A stretch of 64,000 bases of DNA, from positions 62,001 to 126,000 of the forward strand of contig NIVC01001917.1 of NCBI GenBank assembly GCA_002269645.1, in the 5' to 3' direction. Shown here piece by piece: positions 60,994 through 64,000 of this stretch. The position numbers were made by a program, and so were the translations under genes. The notes under the pieces are model-generated. The model did not search any database. It was given only the letters and a program-made list of their open reading frames with translations, and was not told where the DNA came from. The stretch comes from Macrostomum lignano. Its lineage: Eukaryota. How positions within the stretch are numbered: the stretch's first letter is position 1; each line of letters begins with the position of its first letter.

Positions 60994-61856
60994 GCGTTGG
61001 AGGCCACTTTTATAGTATTTTTCAAGCCAATGAGTCTTGAAGCAAGCTGTTCAATCCGTATAGTGGGGGAGTCAAGCTATTAGCTATTACTATTGTCTAT
61101 GGCCCAACAACGGTGTCTATTGAGCAGCGTTATTTAAGAATTTGAGGTGCGCAATTTATTCTTTCCACAGTTTGTTGAGCAAGCCTTGGACCATACACAA
61201 TAACATATTGCAGTTCAAGATGCGCCGGATGGAGCAGAATCCGATTGCAGCATAATCAAGGGAAAGTACGACCTGATTCTCTGAACTAAAATCCGTCCAG
61301 CACTGCTTTTGAGACACACTACACGATTGTTTCATCTGTGTGTCATCTGTTTGCAGACATTGCTTCAGCAAATAAAAGAAGGATTAATTTCAGACTTCAA
61401 TTCTCAAATTGGCTGCTCCCCAAGCCCCCTTTTTGAGCCATAGACAATGAAAAGCAAGTCTTCAATAGCTTGGACAATGCTATATTTGCTTCCAATTCAA
61501 GGAATCGTTGTCCAATTCTTAAGGATTATACAATACAAACTCGAAACAGTGAGGCTGATAAGGTTTAGGCCATAGACAAATACATAAAAATATCTACCCA
61601 CTCGAAGGAATTAAGAGCGTAGAGTAGAGACCGCGGTTCTTGAATTGGACGCCAAAAAATACTATATATTGGTTCCTACACGCTAAGTGAGTCTTTCTCA
61701 GCCAATGAGATGACACTCTCCGTTGTCTATGGTAAACTCTGGTTTACCAAATTAGGCCAATTAATTATATGAGGCCAGGGACTACTGTAGTCCCTGTATG
61801 AGGCCTGTTGGCTGAAAAAATACTCTGCAGAGATAGGGAACCGAATACTCTTTTAA

Positions 61857-62165
61857 GTAGCCGAACGCGGCGCTCTGAAGTGCCAGCGGCCCAGGCTCGA
61901 TTCCAAGTGCAGTCACATTAATTTGGGGCTAAATTGGAATCTCGACCTGGCTCTGCTCGTGCAATTAACGCTCTTGAGGGCCAACCCCCAAGGCACAGTG
62001 AAGTGTACATGCCTAACGATAAATACAGTTAGGGCCGCTGTACACTCCTGTGTGTGTGTGCCTGTGCGTATGACTGCGTACGTATCTGCGCGCTTGTGTG
62101 CCTGCTCAGGGGAGTCGGCGGAACGGCAGTAATGCCTCTCGCCGGTTGTGTGACAATGTTGCTTA
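61857..62165 (+). mobile_element. tRNA-derived SINE family 2, copy B
   Basis: A-box-like tagccgaacgcgg and B-box-like ggctcgattcc at the 5' end; related fragments elsewhere in the window. Confidence 0.75.
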
Positions 62166-63044
62166 AAGTGCGCCAGGGTGCACACAGCCCCCTGCCCCAA
62201 ATAAAAAATAGGTCGTACACCCTTAACCTTACTTTCTCATTAGCTTCAGAAGCGCGGCTCCATTATTTAGTAAACAAAACCAGTCAAAGTTTAGTCGTAG
62301 TTAGAAAAAAATTGACTACTCAACAGTGCAATATATTATTAGTATAGATAGCTCTTGTAGATATGCGATGCAGAAATATCCACCTATCCACTTAATTGAT
62401 GCTGCTTTATTGTATCCATATGAATTGCATAATTTTTGCACCTGTGTTAGGCAGCTGTGCAGACAGACTAGCTATTGATGCAGTTTTAGTCACGTCACAT
62501 AACAGAATCTCGTTGAACTTTCTGAGACAAATTGCACTTGTACCCTCCCCCTTAAATTATTTTATTAATTACCTGTTATTTTAAATGAATGAAATTATAT
62601 TCAAACAAGCAGTTTCTATGCGGAAGACTCGACATTTTCCATATCGCATGCTGGCAGTATTAATTATTTATTCGACCTAATAAAAATTGAAAAGAATTAA
62701 TCCAAGTACTAGAAATCAATAAAACGCTGGTTAAAAAGAAATTTCTTAGCCAGAAAAGATTTTGCAAAATCAAGACCCTAAGAAAACTAATTGGTACAGT
62801 AAAATTCTGAATAAAACATTGTCTCGCACTACTAAAAGTAGAATGGGCGAGTGGAATGTGCAACACGCCTGTTTTAAATCAGAAAATCAAATTAAGTCAG
62901 GTATGTTATTGATTGTAAAGCAATAAAAATATTGAAAATCAATGTCAAGGCAATCAAGGCGATTCGAATCAGAATCTGAATTTTAAGCAAAAATCAATTA
63001 AGTTATCAGTATTCATATTTGCTGTGTTTCTCAAATTTCTCATA

Positions 63045-63600
63045 GAAATCTAGAGGGCAATTCCTCATAGAAATCTAGAGGGCGATATCTCATAGAAATC
63101 TAGAGGGCGATATCTCATACGCTCGTAGAAATCTAGAGGGCAATTCCTCATAGAAATCTAGAGGGCGATATCTCATAGAAATCTAGAGGGCGATATCTTA
63201 TAGAAATCTAGAGGGCGATATCTCATAGAAATCTAGAGGGCGATATCTCATTGAAATCTAGAGGGCGATATCTCATAGAAATCTAGAGGGCAATTCCTCA
63301 TAGAAATCTAGAGGGCGATTTCTCATAGAAATCTAGAGGGCAATTCCTCATAGAAATCTAGAGGGCGATATCTCATTGAAATCTAGAGGGCAATTCCTCA
63401 TAGAAATCTAGAGGGCAATTCCTCATAGAAATCTAGAGGGCAATTCCTCATAGAAATCTAGAGGGCGATATCTCATTGAAATCTAGAAGGCGATATCTTA
63501 TAGAAATCTAAAGGGCGATTTCTCATAGAAATCTAGAGGGCAATTCCTCATAGAAATCTAGAGGGCGATTCCTCATTGAAATCTAGAAGGCGATATTTAG
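63045..63600. repeat. 25-bp minisatellite (ctcatagaaatctagagggcgatat)
   Basis: Direct reading. Confidence 0.95.
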
Positions 63601-63739
63601 CGATCTAGAGAAAAATTTCTTGAATGATTTTAAAAGGCAAATCTTATTATGATTTGAAATAAATTCTTGCAATTTTCAACAGAGTACCAAATAGACACTT
63701 CAGTTTTTAGACACCACAAAAATGTTCTGCTATTAAAAA

Positions 63740-64000
63740 TCAATCGTCTCCCCGATCGCTTGACGGCGGCGTCGGCGGCACCGGCATGTCGACGTGGACG
63801 CCCTGCTCATCGGCGTTTGGCCGCCAATTCGGCTGGACAGGAGTTGAATAGCGCATCTGCCTGGCCTGCAGCCGCTGGTGCTGCTGATAGTAGTGATTGA
63901 CGCTGTGCAGCAGGCGCTGACCGCTCTGCCCAGTCAGAGACTGAGTGGCCGGAGCTAAAGAGCTGTCCTGGATAATAGCGCCAGCGCCGATTCGAGAGTC
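63740..64000 (-). CDS. Probable terminal coding exon of an unidentified gene convergent with PLCL
   Basis: Open GC-rich frame from the window edge: DSRIGAGAIIQDSSLAPATQ...HYYQQHQRLQARQMRYSTPVQPNWRPNADEQGVHVDMPVPPTPPSSDRGDD*, followed by AT-rich sequence. Confidence 0.6.
   Translation of the reverse strand, partial: DSRIGAGAIIQDSSLAPATQSLTGQSGQRLLHSVNHYYQQHQRLQARQMRYSTPVQPNWRPNADEQGVHVDMPVPPTPPSSDRGDD

Overview
Eukaryotic genomic DNA with spliceosomal genes. GC-rich exons and introns packed with private minisatellites suggest a flatworm such as Macrostomum lignano (inference from style only). Host genes, with exons assembled by hand from splice sites and phases: last exon of an SLC25A33/36-like mitochondrial carrier (+); a single-exon FRYamide neuropeptide precursor with 20 peptide copies (-); a 12-exon LIMCH1/LMO7-like gene (CH...LIM, -); SENP8/NEDP1 deneddylase (2 exons, -); an 18-exon PLC-like/PRIP gene (+, 29680-60993); and the terminal exon of an unknown gene at the right edge (-). 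Two items stand out. (1) A ~14.3 kb tyrosine-recombinase (Crypton-like) element nested in PLCL intron 2, apparently inserted into a (GT)n microsatellite. It has imperfect inverted ends around a shared GTTTGTG, a spliced recombinase gene, and a 655-bp array that is a tandemly amplified phase 1-1 exon plus intron. (2) A piggyBac relic in a ~4.6 kb nearly CpG-free block whose lesions are largely CpA/TpG->TpA, i.e. RIP-like. Also present: two tRNA-derived SINE families (one CORE-type), LINE, Bel/Pao and Tc1 fragments, and a telomere-like array bounded by inverted repeats. All identifications come from reading and remembered family motifs; no searches were run, and counts and repeat boundaries are by eye.
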